A stretch of DNA of 64,000 nt from Candidatus Omnitrophota bacterium. Its GTDB lineage: Bacteria > Omnitrophota > Gorgyraeia > 2-01-FULL-45-10. The DNA is taken from positions 5,778 to 69,777 of the forward strand of contig JAFGRN010000004.1 in assembly GCA_016935115.1 (NCBI GenBank), in the 5' to 3' direction. Both the position numbers and the translations under genes were made by a program. A model generated the notes under the pieces. It did no database searches. It was not told the DNA's origin and saw only the letters and a list, made by a program, of their open reading frames with translations. How positions within the stretch are numbered: position 1 is the stretch's first letter; each line of letters begins with the position of its first letter. Of the stretch, positions 37,548 through 48,306 are shown piece after piece.

Positions 37548-38468
37548 CTATCTTTTTAACAACGCATTATTGATAAGTTTAATACATAAATCCCCAAAAC
37601 TCAAGCCAATTGCCTGAGCGGCTTTCGGCAACAGGCTTCTTTCGGTCATTCCAGGGATCGTATTTGCCTCCAAAACATACATCTCTCCTAAATTATTCAT
37701 CATTATATCTACACGCGAAAAACACCTGCACCCGAGCGCCCTATGCGACCTCTTCCCGAGTTCCCTGGCCTTGGCCGCGGTCGCCTCATCAAGCGGCGCC
37801 GGCACAAGATACTTTGTCTCGGGATCCTTATATTTCGCCTCGAAATCATAAAGACTGCCCTTAGTGACTATCTCTATCACCGGCAACGGTTCATCATTGA
37901 TTATTCCGACCGTCAGTTCCCTGCCGGATATGTACTCTTCCAGAAGCACCAGGTCGCCGTATTCAAATGCCTTATCAAGCGCGAATGGAAGTTTTTCCTT
38001 ACCCTTAACCACGGAGAGGCCTATGCTCGATCCTTCCAGGTGCGGCTTCACAACCATAGGAAATCCGAGATCATAGCAATCCTCTATCCTGTAATCGTCC
38101 TTCTTAAATACCACATAACGCGGCACCGGAAGGGCCGACTTCTCAAATACTTTCTTGGCCAGTACTTTATCTATCGTGGTCCTGGAAGCCTCGGGACCTG
38201 ACCCTGTGTAGGCTATTTTAAGGTCCTCCAGCATCTTCTGGACAGTACCGTCTTCTCCGAATCTCCCGTGGAGCGCGATGAAGGCAACATCTATTTTATT
38301 CCTCGTGATCGCTTCTCTGGCATCACCGTGGACATCCAGCAATACGGCATCAATGCCTTCCCGCAGAAGGGCCTCATGGACCGCTTTGCCGGACATCAGG
38401 CTTATATCCCTTTCGTTCGACTGCCCGCCGGCGAGAACTCCTACCCTGCCGATAACCTTCCGTTTCAT
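37548..38468 (-). CDS. ddl: D-alanine--D-alanine ligase
   Basis: 306-aa ATP-grasp protein with FIALHGRFGEDG and E.N..PG motifs. Confidence 0.95.
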   Translation of the reverse strand: MKRKVIGRVGVLAGGQSNERDISLMSGKAVHEALLREGIDAVLLDVHGDAREAITRNKIDVAFIALHGRFGEDGTVQKMLEDLKIAYTGSGPEASRTTIDKVLAKKVFEKSALPVPRYVVFKKDDYRIEDCYDLGFPMVVKPHLEGSSIGLSVVKGKEKLPFALDKAFEYGDLVLLEEYISGRELTVGIINDEPLPVIEIVTKGSLYDFEAKYKDPETKYLVPAPLDEATAAKARELGKRSHRALGCRCFSRVDIMMNNLGEMYVLEANTIPGMTERSLLPKAAQAIGLSFGDLCIKLINNALLKR

Positions 38469-40774
38469 ATAAGTTTCACTTCCATATCAAGATCCATCCC
38501 GTAATTCTCTCTGACTTTATCCCTTACATATTCGGCCAGGTCAAGGACATCTCTGCAGGTTGCGCCGCCGCGATTTATAATAAAATTCGCGTGCTTCTCC
38601 GATATCTCAGCGGCGCCGATCCTCTTGCCTTTTAATTTCAGCATATCTATCATCTGGCCGCAGGTAAACTGAAAATTATCCGGATTCTTGAACATACATC
38701 CGGCGCTTGGGGCGTCAAGTACCTGCTTATCTCTCTTTATCTTAAGGAACCTGCGGCAACTGGAATTCAGGCTCTCTTTTCCGGACCTGTCTAACTCAAG
38801 CTCCGCTTCAAGTATTACATACCTGTCAAGATTTGAAGACCTGTATCCGAAGCGGAGATCCTTTCTGCTGAGCGTATGCGTCTTCCCGGAAAAGTCCATA
38901 ACCTTCAGCGACCTGATAAGTTCCCCTATGTTCCTGTAGGCAGGATTTTTGTGTCCGCCGGCATTCATGGAGATCGCTCCGCCCACGGTACCCGGTATGC
39001 CGACGAGCGACTCGAGCCCGCCAAGCCCTTTGTCACAGGCCGTCTTTACAAGCCTGGGCAGGCTGAAACCCGCACCGACCCTGACGGTAGTTCCGGTTAT
39101 CCTGATAGATTTAAAAAATTCATTTCCAAGATGCGCCAATAAGCCGCTGAAGCCTCTGTCGCGCGCAAGCACATTCGACCCGTTGCCGATCACGAGCATA
39201 GGCACCTTATGCTTACGCACAAACCGCAGGAGCCTTTTCAGGTCCACGGCATCTGCCGGTTCCACCCACAGGTCGGCCGGTCCGCCTATCCTGAATGACG
39301 TATGCGCGGAGAGTTTCTCGCCCGTCTTTACCTTCCCCTTGACTGTCTTCTTTAATTCCGGGGCCAGTTTCGAATAGCCCCTGTATCCCGCCGATGCGCA
39401 TGCGTTCTTATTCATCATACCGCTCAATCTGTCCGCTACGCTCTTTATATCACCGGCGCCGAGAACGAGCACTATATCTCCCGGCTTCTTGATCTTCATT
39501 ATGCGGCCGGGTATCATATCCTTCGGCAGGACTTCGACATCCGATATACCGCTATCTTTCACTCTGGTATATATGTTCATTATCGAAACGCCTTTTATCT
39601 CCTTTTCGCTTGCGGAATAGATATCGGTAAGTATCAATTTGTCCACGCCCTTAAAACATCTTCCGAATTCTTCCGCGAGGAATTTTGTGCGTGAATAACG
39701 GTGAGGCTGGAAGACGGCTATTACCCTTCTTCCTTTCCAGTTACGGCAGACATCGAGCACCGCCCTTATCTCCGTGGGATGATGCGCATAATCATCGATG
39801 AGCATTACGCCATCCGCATCTGCCCTGAGCTGGAAGCGCCTCTTTGCTCCGTCGAAATCCTTTATGGCGCCCGCTATCTCCCTGAAACTTATCCCGGCCT
39901 TCAGGCCCACAAGCACCGCGGCCAATGCATTCAGGATATTATGCCTGCCCGGTATGCTGAGACTGACCGTACCCAGCAGCCTGTTCTTATATACACATTT
40001 GAACAAGGCCCTGAAGCCGTCCATCCTGATATCCGTCGGATATATATCCGCTTCTTTCGAGAATCCGAAACTTTCGCTGTGCCTGCGGAAGCCTTTCATC
40101 ATGATGCGGATATTCAGGTCTTCAATATTATAGAAAACTGACCCTCCGGGCTTCACATTATCTATGAAGGCCCTGAAGGCGGAGCGTATATGGCCAAGGG
40201 ACCTGAAATGGTCGAGATGCTCCATCTCGATGTTCGTGATCACGGCATACATGGGCTTAAGGCGCACGAACGAACCGTCGCTTTCGTCCGCCTCGACTAC
40301 CGCATATTCCCCTTCGCCGGTCTTCGCATTGCCTCCGAACCTGCTCACTTCCCCGCCGATTATAGCTGTGGGTTTCAATCCCGCGTTTTCGAGCATTACC
40401 GATATTAGAGATGTCGTCGTGGTCTTACCGTGGGTGCCGCTTATGGCGATCCCTTTCCTGCGGTTGAATATCTCGCCCAGCATCCCGGCGCGATGCATGA
40501 TCCTGACCCTGCGCCTGAGGGCCGCCTTCACCTCCGGATTATTCCTCGAGATCGAGGAAGAGTAGACGAGGATATCCGCGTCTGCTGGGAGATTAGAGGC
40601 CCGGTGGCCAGCAAACATCTTCCCGCCCATACCCTCGAGCCTGTCGGTTATATGGTTCTTTTCGATATCCGAACCCGATACCTCATGGCCCATCTCCAGG
40701 AGTACCCGGGCGATGCCGCTCATGCCTATCCCGCCTACTCCCACGAAATGTATCTTCTTTCTGGAGCTTACCAT
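38465..40774 (-). CDS. murC/murB: Fused UDP-N-acetylmuramate--L-alanine ligase / UDP-N-acetylenolpyruvoylglucosamine reductase (MurC-MurB)
   Basis: Single 769-aa ORF. The N-terminal roughly 460 aa are MurC (GVGGIGMSGIA, GTHGKTTTT). The C-terminal roughly 290 aa are MurB (HTSFRIGGPA, IGNGSNVL, SAGCMFKNP). Confidence 0.92.
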   Translation of the reverse strand: MVSSRKKIHFVGVGGIGMSGIARVLLEMGHEVSGSDIEKNHITDRLEGMGGKMFAGHRASNLPADADILVYSSSISRNNPEVKAALRRRVRIMHRAGMLGEIFNRRKGIAISGTHGKTTTTSLISVMLENAGLKPTAIIGGEVSRFGGNAKTGEGEYAVVEADESDGSFVRLKPMYAVITNIEMEHLDHFRSLGHIRSAFRAFIDNVKPGGSVFYNIEDLNIRIMMKGFRRHSESFGFSKEADIYPTDIRMDGFRALFKCVYKNRLLGTVSLSIPGRHNILNALAAVLVGLKAGISFREIAGAIKDFDGAKRRFQLRADADGVMLIDDYAHHPTEIRAVLDVCRNWKGRRVIAVFQPHRYSRTKFLAEEFGRCFKGVDKLILTDIYSASEKEIKGVSIMNIYTRVKDSGISDVEVLPKDMIPGRIMKIKKPGDIVLVLGAGDIKSVADRLSGMMNKNACASAGYRGYSKLAPELKKTVKGKVKTGEKLSAHTSFRIGGPADLWVEPADAVDLKRLLRFVRKHKVPMLVIGNGSNVLARDRGFSGLLAHLGNEFFKSIRITGTTVRVGAGFSLPRLVKTACDKGLGGLESLVGIPGTVGGAISMNAGGHKNPAYRNIGELIRSLKVMDFSGKTHTLSRKDLRFGYRSSNLDRYVILEAELELDRSGKESLNSSCRRFLKIKRDKQVLDAPSAGCMFKNPDNFQFTCGQMIDMLKLKGKRIGAAEISEKHANFIINRGGATCRDVLDLAEYVRDKVRENYGMDLDMEVKLI

Positions 40775-40775
40775 A

Positions 40776-41894
40776 TTATCTTCTTCCCGCCAATTTCACT
40801 ACCTCTTCCGCGAGGCGCGCCGATGCATCGGGCACCGCAATGTTTCCGGCCGCCTCGGCCATAGACCTCATTCTGCCCGTATCATCCATCAGGCCCGTCA
40901 CGCAATCCCTGAGCGCCTCAGGCTTAAGGCCTGCCTCCTCCATGACGATCGCCGCGCCGTGCTTCGCAAAAGCGAGCGCATTATCCAGCTGGTGGCTCTT
41001 TGCGTACGGATATGGTATTAGTATCATAGGCTTGCGCAATGCCGCCAGTTCAAATAGCGCTGATGCGCCCGACCTTGTTATTACGAGATCCGCCGCGCCA
41101 TAGGCTTCCTCTATCCTGTCGATAAAAGAGTATACTCTCGATTCAACCTCCAGCGCTTCATAAGCCTTAAGCACCCACTCGTAATCCTTAACTCCGGTTA
41201 TATGTACGACCTGGACTGATGATTTGCGCCCGGCGTCCATTAGCCGCAGGGCGTCGATGAACGCCCTGCTCAATAATGTCGCGCCCTGGCTGCCGCCGAT
41301 AACTAGGACCGTAAACTTTTTCGGGCTGAGCCCGAAGTGTCCGGGGCCGTCTTTGCGGCCGCCGTGCAATACTTCCGGACGCACGGGATTACCGGTAAAT
41401 ACTACCTTGCCTGAATCTTTATCCATCGAGGCTTTTGTCTCCCTGAAACTTACCGCTATCCTGTCGGCAAAATTAAATAGCGCCTTATTGGCCCGGCCGG
41501 GCATAAGATTCTGCTCATGCACTAACCTAGGAATGCCAAAAATCCCCGCGATAAATACTACGGGAAACGAGACATATCCGCCAAATCCTACCACAATATC
41601 AGGCCTGTATGAAAGCATCATAGGCACGACTCTGCAGATATCAAAAGCCAATTTCACGGATGCGGCCATGATCTCGGGCGACATTCCGTACGGAAGCTTA
41701 TTCGCCGAAAGCGTGGCATATCGCGCGCCCTCCCTTTCGAATATCCTCTTATCAAGGGCCTTGCCGCTGCCGATGTACATTACATCGATACCTTCGCGGC
41801 GGCTTCTTAACGAACGTCCGAGGGCTATCGCCGGAAATATATGGCCCCCCGAACCCCCCGCCGCGATCATGACCCTGATACCTGCGGATCTCAA
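40776..41894 (-). CDS. murG: UDP-N-acetylglucosamine--N-acetylmuramyl-(pentapeptide) pyrophosphoryl-undecaprenol GlcNAc transferase
   Basis: 372 aa with a GGSGGHIFPA motif. The TTG start forms a TTGA overlap with the ftsW stop. Confidence 0.93.
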   Translation of the reverse strand: MRSAGIRVMIAAGGSGGHIFPAIALGRSLRSRREGIDVMYIGSGKALDKRIFEREGARYATLSANKLPYGMSPEIMAASVKLAFDICRVVPMMLSYRPDIVVGFGGYVSFPVVFIAGIFGIPRLVHEQNLMPGRANKALFNFADRIAVSFRETKASMDKDSGKVVFTGNPVRPEVLHGGRKDGPGHFGLSPKKFTVLVIGGSQGATLLSRAFIDALRLMDAGRKSSVQVVHITGVKDYEWVLKAYEALEVESRVYSFIDRIEEAYGAADLVITRSGASALFELAALRKPMILIPYPYAKSHQLDNALAFAKHGAAIVMEEAGLKPEALRDCVTGLMDDTGRMRSMAEAAGNIAVPDASARLAEEVVKLAGRR

Positions 41895-42985
41895 TGTACC
41901 GCCTCGCCCTTCTTCGCGATATTAAGCAATAATCCGACCGCCATAAGATGGAATATCAGGCCGCTGCCTCCGTAGCTTATAAAAGGCAGCGGCAATCCTT
42001 TTGTCGGCAATGCCCCCGCGGTGACCCCGATATTGATTATTGCCTCCAGCGCTATTGTAGATACTATGCCGAAACTTAACATCTTTTCGAACATCCCCGC
42101 GGATGCCATAACGACCTTCATCCCCTGCCAGACAAAAAGTATGAAGAGCATGACGATCGAAGCTGTTCCCAAAAATCCAAGCTCCTCGCCTATTATGGAA
42201 AATATGAAATCCGTATGCGACGCCGGCAGATAAAATAATTTCTGCCTCGACTGTCCCAGGCCCACGCCGAAGAGCCCTCCGGAACCGAGAGCTATAAATG
42301 ATTGTATTATCTGGAATCCCGTACCGCGCTTATCCGCCCATGGATTTAAAAATATCATAAGGCGCCGCCTTCTGAACGCCACTTTGAAGAGGAGCATATA
42401 CAGAACGGGCAGGCTGGCCAGTACCGAAGCAATAATATATGACAGTCTCAGCCCGCTGACATAGAGCATCAATATGGTAACCACCGAGACCGTCACTGCA
42501 GTGCCCAGGTCGGGCTCGAGCAGTATCAACCCGACCGTCGCTCCCAATACCATCATAGCCGGCATATAACCCTGCAGGAAACTCTTGATAAGCTCCTTCT
42601 TCCGGGCAATAAAGTCCGCCATATAGATGAGTACGGCTATCTTGGCCAATTCGGATGGCTGAAAGTTGACAGGCCCAAGCCTGAACCAGCGTTTCGCGCC
42701 GGAGATCTCCTTGCCGATATGCGGAACGAGCACAAGGACAAGAAGCGCCATAGAGGCGAGCATGACCGGCTTGGACCACTCCTTTATCTTCCTGAGGTCT
42801 ATCGACATCGCCACAAGCATCAGCACGAGCCCCAAAATAAGATATATCAGATGCCTCTTCAGAAAATAGAGGCTGTCCTGCATATTGCTGTAGGCGTATA
42901 TGGCGCTCGCCGAATATATCATAACGATGCCCACGCCTACCAGGGCGGCAACTATCGCAAGTATAGATATGCGCACATCTCTCAT
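41891..42985 (-). CDS. ftsW: Cell division SEDS protein FtsW
   Basis: 364-aa polytopic FtsW/RodA family protein between murD and murG. Confidence 0.9.
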   Translation of the reverse strand: MRDVRISILAIVAALVGVGIVMIYSASAIYAYSNMQDSLYFLKRHLIYLILGLVLMLVAMSIDLRKIKEWSKPVMLASMALLVLVLVPHIGKEISGAKRWFRLGPVNFQPSELAKIAVLIYMADFIARKKELIKSFLQGYMPAMMVLGATVGLILLEPDLGTAVTVSVVTILMLYVSGLRLSYIIASVLASLPVLYMLLFKVAFRRRRLMIFLNPWADKRGTGFQIIQSFIALGSGGLFGVGLGQSRQKLFYLPASHTDFIFSIIGEELGFLGTASIVMLFILFVWQGMKVVMASAGMFEKMLSFGIVSTIALEAIINIGVTAGALPTKGLPLPFISYGGSGLIFHLMAVGLLLNIAKKGEAVH

Positions 42986-42989
42986 TGTC

Positions 42990-44375
42990 CTATGCCTTTG
43001 CCGTATCGAGGCGATCCTTCAGCTTATCGACCGCCTCCCTGAATTTATCACCGCGCTCTTTGTAATCTTTATACATATCGAAGCTGGAACACATGGGTGA
43101 CAGAAGCACTATCCAGCCGTCTTTCGCGAACCTGCCGGAGAGATCCACGGCTTCATTCATGTCTTTAGCCTCATGAACGGACACAACATCCTTAAGCGCC
43201 TTCTTTATTTCATCCGCGGCTTCGCCTATAAGCACCAGATGCCTCACCTTATCCTCCACTACATCCTTGATTACCGTGTAATCACTATGTTTATCCTTGC
43301 CGCCCGCTATGAGCACAACCGGCTTCTCGCATGACTCAAGCGCGCGCTTTGTGGAATCTACGGTCGTACCTTTGGAATCATCTATATATTCCACCCCTTC
43401 GATCGTAGCAACCGTCTCGAACCTGTGCCTGAGGCCGGTGAAGCCCCTCACGGCATCCCTTATAGGCCTTTCCGCAACTCCGGCGATCATGCCCACCAGC
43501 GAAGATACGACCGCATTCTCCAGATTATGGACGCCCCTGAGTTTTATATCATTCAGGTGCACCACCTCTTTTTCGCTCTTACCGCAGATACAGCATATCC
43601 AGTCATCTTTAACATATGCCGCGACATCGTAACCGCTCACAGCCACGGCGCCTTTCGCGTAAAACAGCACCCTGGAGCGCGCAAGGCCCTTAATGCGCCG
43701 CAGGTTCTCGGCATCGTAATTCAGTATCAGGATATCGTCCTCATCCTGGTTACGGAATATCTTCAGTTTATGGTTAAAGTACTCATAGAAATTTTTATAA
43801 CGGTCCATATGATCGTCGGTTATATTCAATATGACGGCTATCCGCGGCTTGAATCTCTCTATGCGCTCCAGCTGGGCGGAACTCACCTCGAGCACTACCC
43901 AGGTATCCTTCTTTATATTATCTACCTCCCCGCAGAGAGAGTTGCCTATATTGCCGCAAACGACCACGTCCGCTTTGCCCGCCCTTAGGATATCGCCTAT
44001 AAGTGTCGTCACAGTGCTCTTGCCGTTCGTACCGGTCACGGCTATTATCCTGCCCTTACAGAAACGGTAACCCAGCTCCATCTCTCCTATGACCGGTATG
44101 TTGTGCAGGGCCGCCCATTTAAGGGCCTGTGATGAATCCTCAACGCCGGGGCTCACCACCACCAGGTCGCTCCCTTTCACAAAATCCTCGGTATGGGCGC
44201 CTATCTCGACGGAAATTTTCCTCGCCTTGAGTTTTTCCCCTGTTTTTTTCAGTTCGGAAGAATTTCCCGCATCCGTCGCCCAGACTTTTGCCCCATGCTT
44301 TGCCAGCAAGAACGCCGCATTTACCCCGCTGTTACCCAGGCCTATAACCGTGACACGTTTACCCTTAAGATCCAT
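42990..44375 (-). CDS. murD: UDP-N-acetylmuramoylalanine--D-glutamate ligase
   Basis: Contains VIGLGNSG and GTNGKSTV. I start it at ATG 44375 (MDLKGKR), which has AGGGGA upstream and avoids overlapping mraY. Confidence 0.93.
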   Translation of the reverse strand: MDLKGKRVTVIGLGNSGVNAAFLLAKHGAKVWATDAGNSSELKKTGEKLKARKISVEIGAHTEDFVKGSDLVVVSPGVEDSSQALKWAALHNIPVIGEMELGYRFCKGRIIAVTGTNGKSTVTTLIGDILRAGKADVVVCGNIGNSLCGEVDNIKKDTWVVLEVSSAQLERIERFKPRIAVILNITDDHMDRYKNFYEYFNHKLKIFRNQDEDDILILNYDAENLRRIKGLARSRVLFYAKGAVAVSGYDVAAYVKDDWICCICGKSEKEVVHLNDIKLRGVHNLENAVVSSLVGMIAGVAERPIRDAVRGFTGLRHRFETVATIEGVEYIDDSKGTTVDSTKRALESCEKPVVLIAGGKDKHSDYTVIKDVVEDKVRHLVLIGEAADEIKKALKDVVSVHEAKDMNEAVDLSGRFAKDGWIVLLSPMCSSFDMYKDYKERGDKFREAVDKLKDRLDTAKA

Positions 44376-44385
44376 GCATGATCCC

Positions 44386-45474
44386 CTATTGTAATTTAAG
44401 CGTGGCAAGGCTCAACAGCGCAAGGATAATCGCCACGATCCAGAATCGTATTGTAACTTTAGGCTCTTCCCATTTCAAGAGCTGAAAATGGTGGTGAATA
44501 GGCGCCATCTTAAAAAGCCTCTTACCGGTAGTTTTGAACCAGGCGATCTGCAGAAGAACCGATAATGCCTCGATTACAAATATACCGCCCACCAGGAACA
44601 ACAAAAGCTCTTTCTTTATGAATACCGCGACTACACCGAGCGCGCCACCCAGCGCAAGCGACCCTGTATCCCCCATGAAGACATCCGCTTTGGGGCAGTT
44701 GAACCACAGGAACCCCAGTCCGGAACCCACCATCGCCGAGCAGAAGATAGTAAGTTCGCCCGCCCCTTCGAGGCAGAAGACGTTCAGATAATCGGCAAGT
44801 TTGAAGTTTCCCGCCACATAGCTCAATATGGCATACGAGAGGGCCGCTATTATGGTGCAGCCGATAGCCAGGCCATCCAGGCCGTCAGTAAGATTAACCG
44901 CGTTGCTCGCGCTCGTAACCACGATCACTACGAAGACCACATAGAAGATCCCGAGGTTAACGGCGAAATTCTTCATGAAAGGCAGGGCCAGCTCCGTCGG
45001 TATAGGAGTAAAACGCATTATGTATAGAGCTATCGCGGCGCCGAGCGTTATCTGCGCCAGTAGTTTTGCCCTGGCCGTAATGCCTTCATTGGTCTTCTTT
45101 TTTATCTTCGCGTAATCGTCCCTGTACCCGACAAGCCCGAGGAATAGAAATGACGCGAGCGTAAGCAGGATATACTGGTTAAGGACATCCGCCCACAGCA
45201 GGGTCGAAACTGTTATGGCCAGTATTATCAGAAGCCCTCCCATCGTAGGCGTGCCCTTCTTATCCTCATGCAATACGTACAGGCTCTCTACATGCTCTTT
45301 CCTGATATATTGGCCGAATTTAAGCTTCTTAAGCAGGTTTATCACCATCGGGCCGAATATCACAGATATCAGGAATGCCGTAAGAGCGGCCATCGCCGCC
45401 CTGAATGTCAGGTACTTGAATACATTGAACCCGAACCAGAGATCCCTAAGCGGATAAAAAATATAGTATAGCAT
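44386..45474 (-). CDS. mraY: Phospho-N-acetylmuramoyl-pentapeptide transferase
   Basis: 362 aa with GTPTMGG and NLTDGLDGLA motifs. Confidence 0.95.
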   Translation of the reverse strand: MLYYIFYPLRDLWFGFNVFKYLTFRAAMAALTAFLISVIFGPMVINLLKKLKFGQYIRKEHVESLYVLHEDKKGTPTMGGLLIILAITVSTLLWADVLNQYILLTLASFLFLGLVGYRDDYAKIKKKTNEGITARAKLLAQITLGAAIALYIMRFTPIPTELALPFMKNFAVNLGIFYVVFVVIVVTSASNAVNLTDGLDGLAIGCTIIAALSYAILSYVAGNFKLADYLNVFCLEGAGELTIFCSAMVGSGLGFLWFNCPKADVFMGDTGSLALGGALGVVAVFIKKELLLFLVGGIFVIEALSVLLQIAWFKTTGKRLFKMAPIHHHFQLLKWEEPKVTIRFWIVAIILALLSLATLKLQ

Positions 45475-45475
45475 T

Positions 45476-46831
45476 TTATCCTTTCAGCCCTTCTATCACC
45501 CGTTCCATCCTCATGCCGCGGGAACCTTTTACAAGGACAAGATCGCCCGATGCCGCCACTCTCTTCAATATTCCGACAATCTCTCCATGCGTGCCGCAGC
45601 GCCAAAGGCTCTGTCTTCTCATGCCGCCGGCGGATGCGCCCGCAATGGTATCCCCGGAAAATTTCCCCAGCGCCAGAAGCCCATCGGCTCCGGAAGCGGC
45701 GACCAGCCTGCCGGCCATTTTATGGAAGTAGACAGCCTGCTTCCCGAGCTCCAGCATGTCACCAAAAACGATCCACCTTGCCTTTGCCGCGCAGGCAACG
45801 GCAGTTTTAAGCGCGCTCTCCACCGAGAGAGGATTTGAATTATATGAATCATTGATTATGGAAATATTGCCCACTTTCAAGCGGTTGAGCCTCATATCGG
45901 CCGGCCTGAAACCCGCGAGGGCCTTCTTCATGGAAAAACGGCTTATATTGAATTGCGAAGAGGCCGCTATTGCCGCAAGCGCGTTATGGACATTATGCCC
46001 GCCCAGTATGCTCAGGGCAAACTCTGTGCCGGAGGCCCTGAATCCTATGCCATCGCCGGAGGCGCGAATATTCTCCGCCCTGAGATCATTGCGCGCATCC
46101 AGGCCGTAACGGACCAATCTGCGGCTGCCGGGCCTTATCCGTTTCAGGAAACGGTCATCGCCGTTCACTATCACCGTGCCGCCTTTCGCAAGCGATCCGA
46201 TGATCCGGCGTTTTTCATTATAGACGCCTTCGAGATCGGACAGAAATTCGAGATGTGACGCTCCTATATTCGTAAGCACAGCCATGGTAGGCCCGGCTAT
46301 CGACGAAAGAGCTCTTATCTCGCCCTGGTGGTTCGTCCCGAGTTCGAGGACGCAGATATCATGCCCATTATTAAGCCTTAGGAGTGTCTGGGGGACCCCT
46401 ATGTGGTTATTCTTCGTGCCCTCCGTCTTTAGGACATTATATCTTTCCGACAGGATGGCCGCTATCATATCCTTTACCGTGGTCTTACCGTTACTGCCGG
46501 TTATGCATATGACAGGTATGCTGAATTTTTTTCTGTGAGAGGCGGCTATATCCTGTAAGGCTCTCGTCGTATCCTTAACCTTTATAATTATCTTCCTTAA
46601 GGCTCCGGGAGAACCCGCAGGACGGCTTATGATCGCGCCTATGGCGCCCTTTTCGAAAGCAGCTCCCGCAAAATCACTGCCGCGAAAATTCGGGCCGTCG
46701 AGCGCTATAAATAACTCCCCCTTTTTTATGGACCTCGAATCGGTCGAGACTTTTGACAGGTCAATATCAGCTTCCCTGTCTCCCGACAGAAGCTTCCCGC
46801 CCGTAACTTTTAAAATTTCACTTACCTTCAC
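45476..46831 (-). CDS. murF: UDP-N-acetylmuramoyl-tripeptide--D-alanyl-D-alanine ligase
   Basis: Mur ligase with GSNGKTT. I place the start at GTG 46831, which forms a GTGA overlap with the murE stop. Confidence 0.92.
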   Translation of the reverse strand: MKVSEILKVTGGKLLSGDREADIDLSKVSTDSRSIKKGELFIALDGPNFRGSDFAGAAFEKGAIGAIISRPAGSPGALRKIIIKVKDTTRALQDIAASHRKKFSIPVICITGSNGKTTVKDMIAAILSERYNVLKTEGTKNNHIGVPQTLLRLNNGHDICVLELGTNHQGEIRALSSIAGPTMAVLTNIGASHLEFLSDLEGVYNEKRRIIGSLAKGGTVIVNGDDRFLKRIRPGSRRLVRYGLDARNDLRAENIRASGDGIGFRASGTEFALSILGGHNVHNALAAIAASSQFNISRFSMKKALAGFRPADMRLNRLKVGNISIINDSYNSNPLSVESALKTAVACAAKARWIVFGDMLELGKQAVYFHKMAGRLVAASGADGLLALGKFSGDTIAGASAGGMRRQSLWRCGTHGEIVGILKRVAASGDLVLVKGSRGMRMERVIEGLKG

Positions 46832-48306
46832 GCAGGCCTGCCCCCCGTCAATCTTCTCAATACATCCAGCGCTGTTTCGCAATCATTATACGGTATAGCC
46901 TCGTCCTTTATTATCTGGCAGTTCTCATGCCCTTTGCCGGCTATCATCACTATATCCTCGCCGGAAGCGCAGCCCAGGGCCTTACCGATAGCCTCCGCCC
47001 TGTCGATAACCACATCGTAATTCGAAAACTCATCCTTTATCCCCGCTTCTATCTCATCCGTGATCGCCCGCGGGTCTTCGAAACGCGGATTATCCGAGGT
47101 TATTATGACATGGTCCGAATAGCGGCACGCTATCCGTCCCATAACGGGACGCTTTGTCCTGTCCCTGTTTCCGCCGCATCCGAAAACCGTTACGATCCTG
47201 CGCCTCGCCACCTGCCTAAGAAGAGTCAGCACATTAAGCAGGGCGTCGGCGGTATGCGCGAAGTCCACGAATACCATGAATGGCTGTCCGGCATCCACGA
47301 TCTCGAGCCGTCCCGGCACATTCGCAACCGATCCTATGCCTTTCAATATGGCCTTCCTGGGAATCTTTAATGATATTGCGGCCGATACTGACGCCAGGAT
47401 ATTCGACACATTATGGGCACCTATAAGCCTGGTATGCACAGGAGCGGACCATGCCGGGGTAACCAATGTAAAATCGGTTCCGCGCATGGACATAGCCACA
47501 TCCTTCGACATCACATCCGCTTTTGTCTTTACGCCATAAGTTACAACTTTACAATTCATTAATCGCGCAAGGCCGGCCACTTTCCTGTCATCGGCATTAA
47601 GTATGGCCGTACCGGTATCTTTCAGCCTGTCGAAAAGCCGTTTCTTCGCTTTAAAATAATTCGCGGCGGTCTTATGGTAATCCAGATGATCGCCTGTTAT
47701 ATTGGTGAATATGCCCGCGTCGAATAATACCCTGTCCACCCTGCCCTGGTCGAGTGAATGGCTCGAAACCTCCATCACGGCAAATTTCACTTTCCTGCGG
47801 ACCATCTCTCCCAGCATGCCCTGAAGGTCCAATGCCCCCGGCGTCGTATTCTTTGCAGGCACTGCCCTGCCCTTAATGCGGTAATTTATAGTGCCTATTA
47901 CTCCCGCATCCGCGCCGCTTGCATTGACTATGCTTTCGATAATGTATGTTATGGTAGTCTTGCCGTTCGTGCCCGTCACCCCGACAACCTTAAGCCGCCG
48001 GGACGGACTGTTGTAAAAATTATCCGCTATAATGCCGGCCGCCTGCCGCGAATCGTCGACGAGAATCTTTGCCACGCCTTCCGGAGCCTTAAAGTCCTTT
48101 TCAGCCACAATGGCCCCGGCTCCGTTTTTTATGGCCATGCCTATAAAATCCGCGCCGTCAGCGGAATATCCCCTGGCCGCGATGAAGAGGCAACCTCGCG
48201 AGACCTTGCGTGAATCGTCGGCAATACTGCCCACTCTTATGCTCCCGATATCTCTATCGGCCCTGTATCTTATCCCCTTCAATATATCTTTCAGGCGCGC
48301 CGTCAT
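46828..48306 (-). CDS. murE: UDP-N-acetylmuramoyl-L-alanyl-D-glutamate--2,6-diaminopimelate ligase
   Basis: 492 aa with GTNGKTT and the DNPR motif (TSDNPRFEDP), which is associated with meso-DAP specificity. Confidence 0.93.
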   Translation of the reverse strand: MTARLKDILKGIRYRADRDIGSIRVGSIADDSRKVSRGCLFIAARGYSADGADFIGMAIKNGAGAIVAEKDFKAPEGVAKILVDDSRQAAGIIADNFYNSPSRRLKVVGVTGTNGKTTITYIIESIVNASGADAGVIGTINYRIKGRAVPAKNTTPGALDLQGMLGEMVRRKVKFAVMEVSSHSLDQGRVDRVLFDAGIFTNITGDHLDYHKTAANYFKAKKRLFDRLKDTGTAILNADDRKVAGLARLMNCKVVTYGVKTKADVMSKDVAMSMRGTDFTLVTPAWSAPVHTRLIGAHNVSNILASVSAAISLKIPRKAILKGIGSVANVPGRLEIVDAGQPFMVFVDFAHTADALLNVLTLLRQVARRRIVTVFGCGGNRDRTKRPVMGRIACRYSDHVIITSDNPRFEDPRAITDEIEAGIKDEFSNYDVVIDRAEAIGKALGCASGEDIVMIAGKGHENCQIIKDEAIPYNDCETALDVLRRLTGGRPA

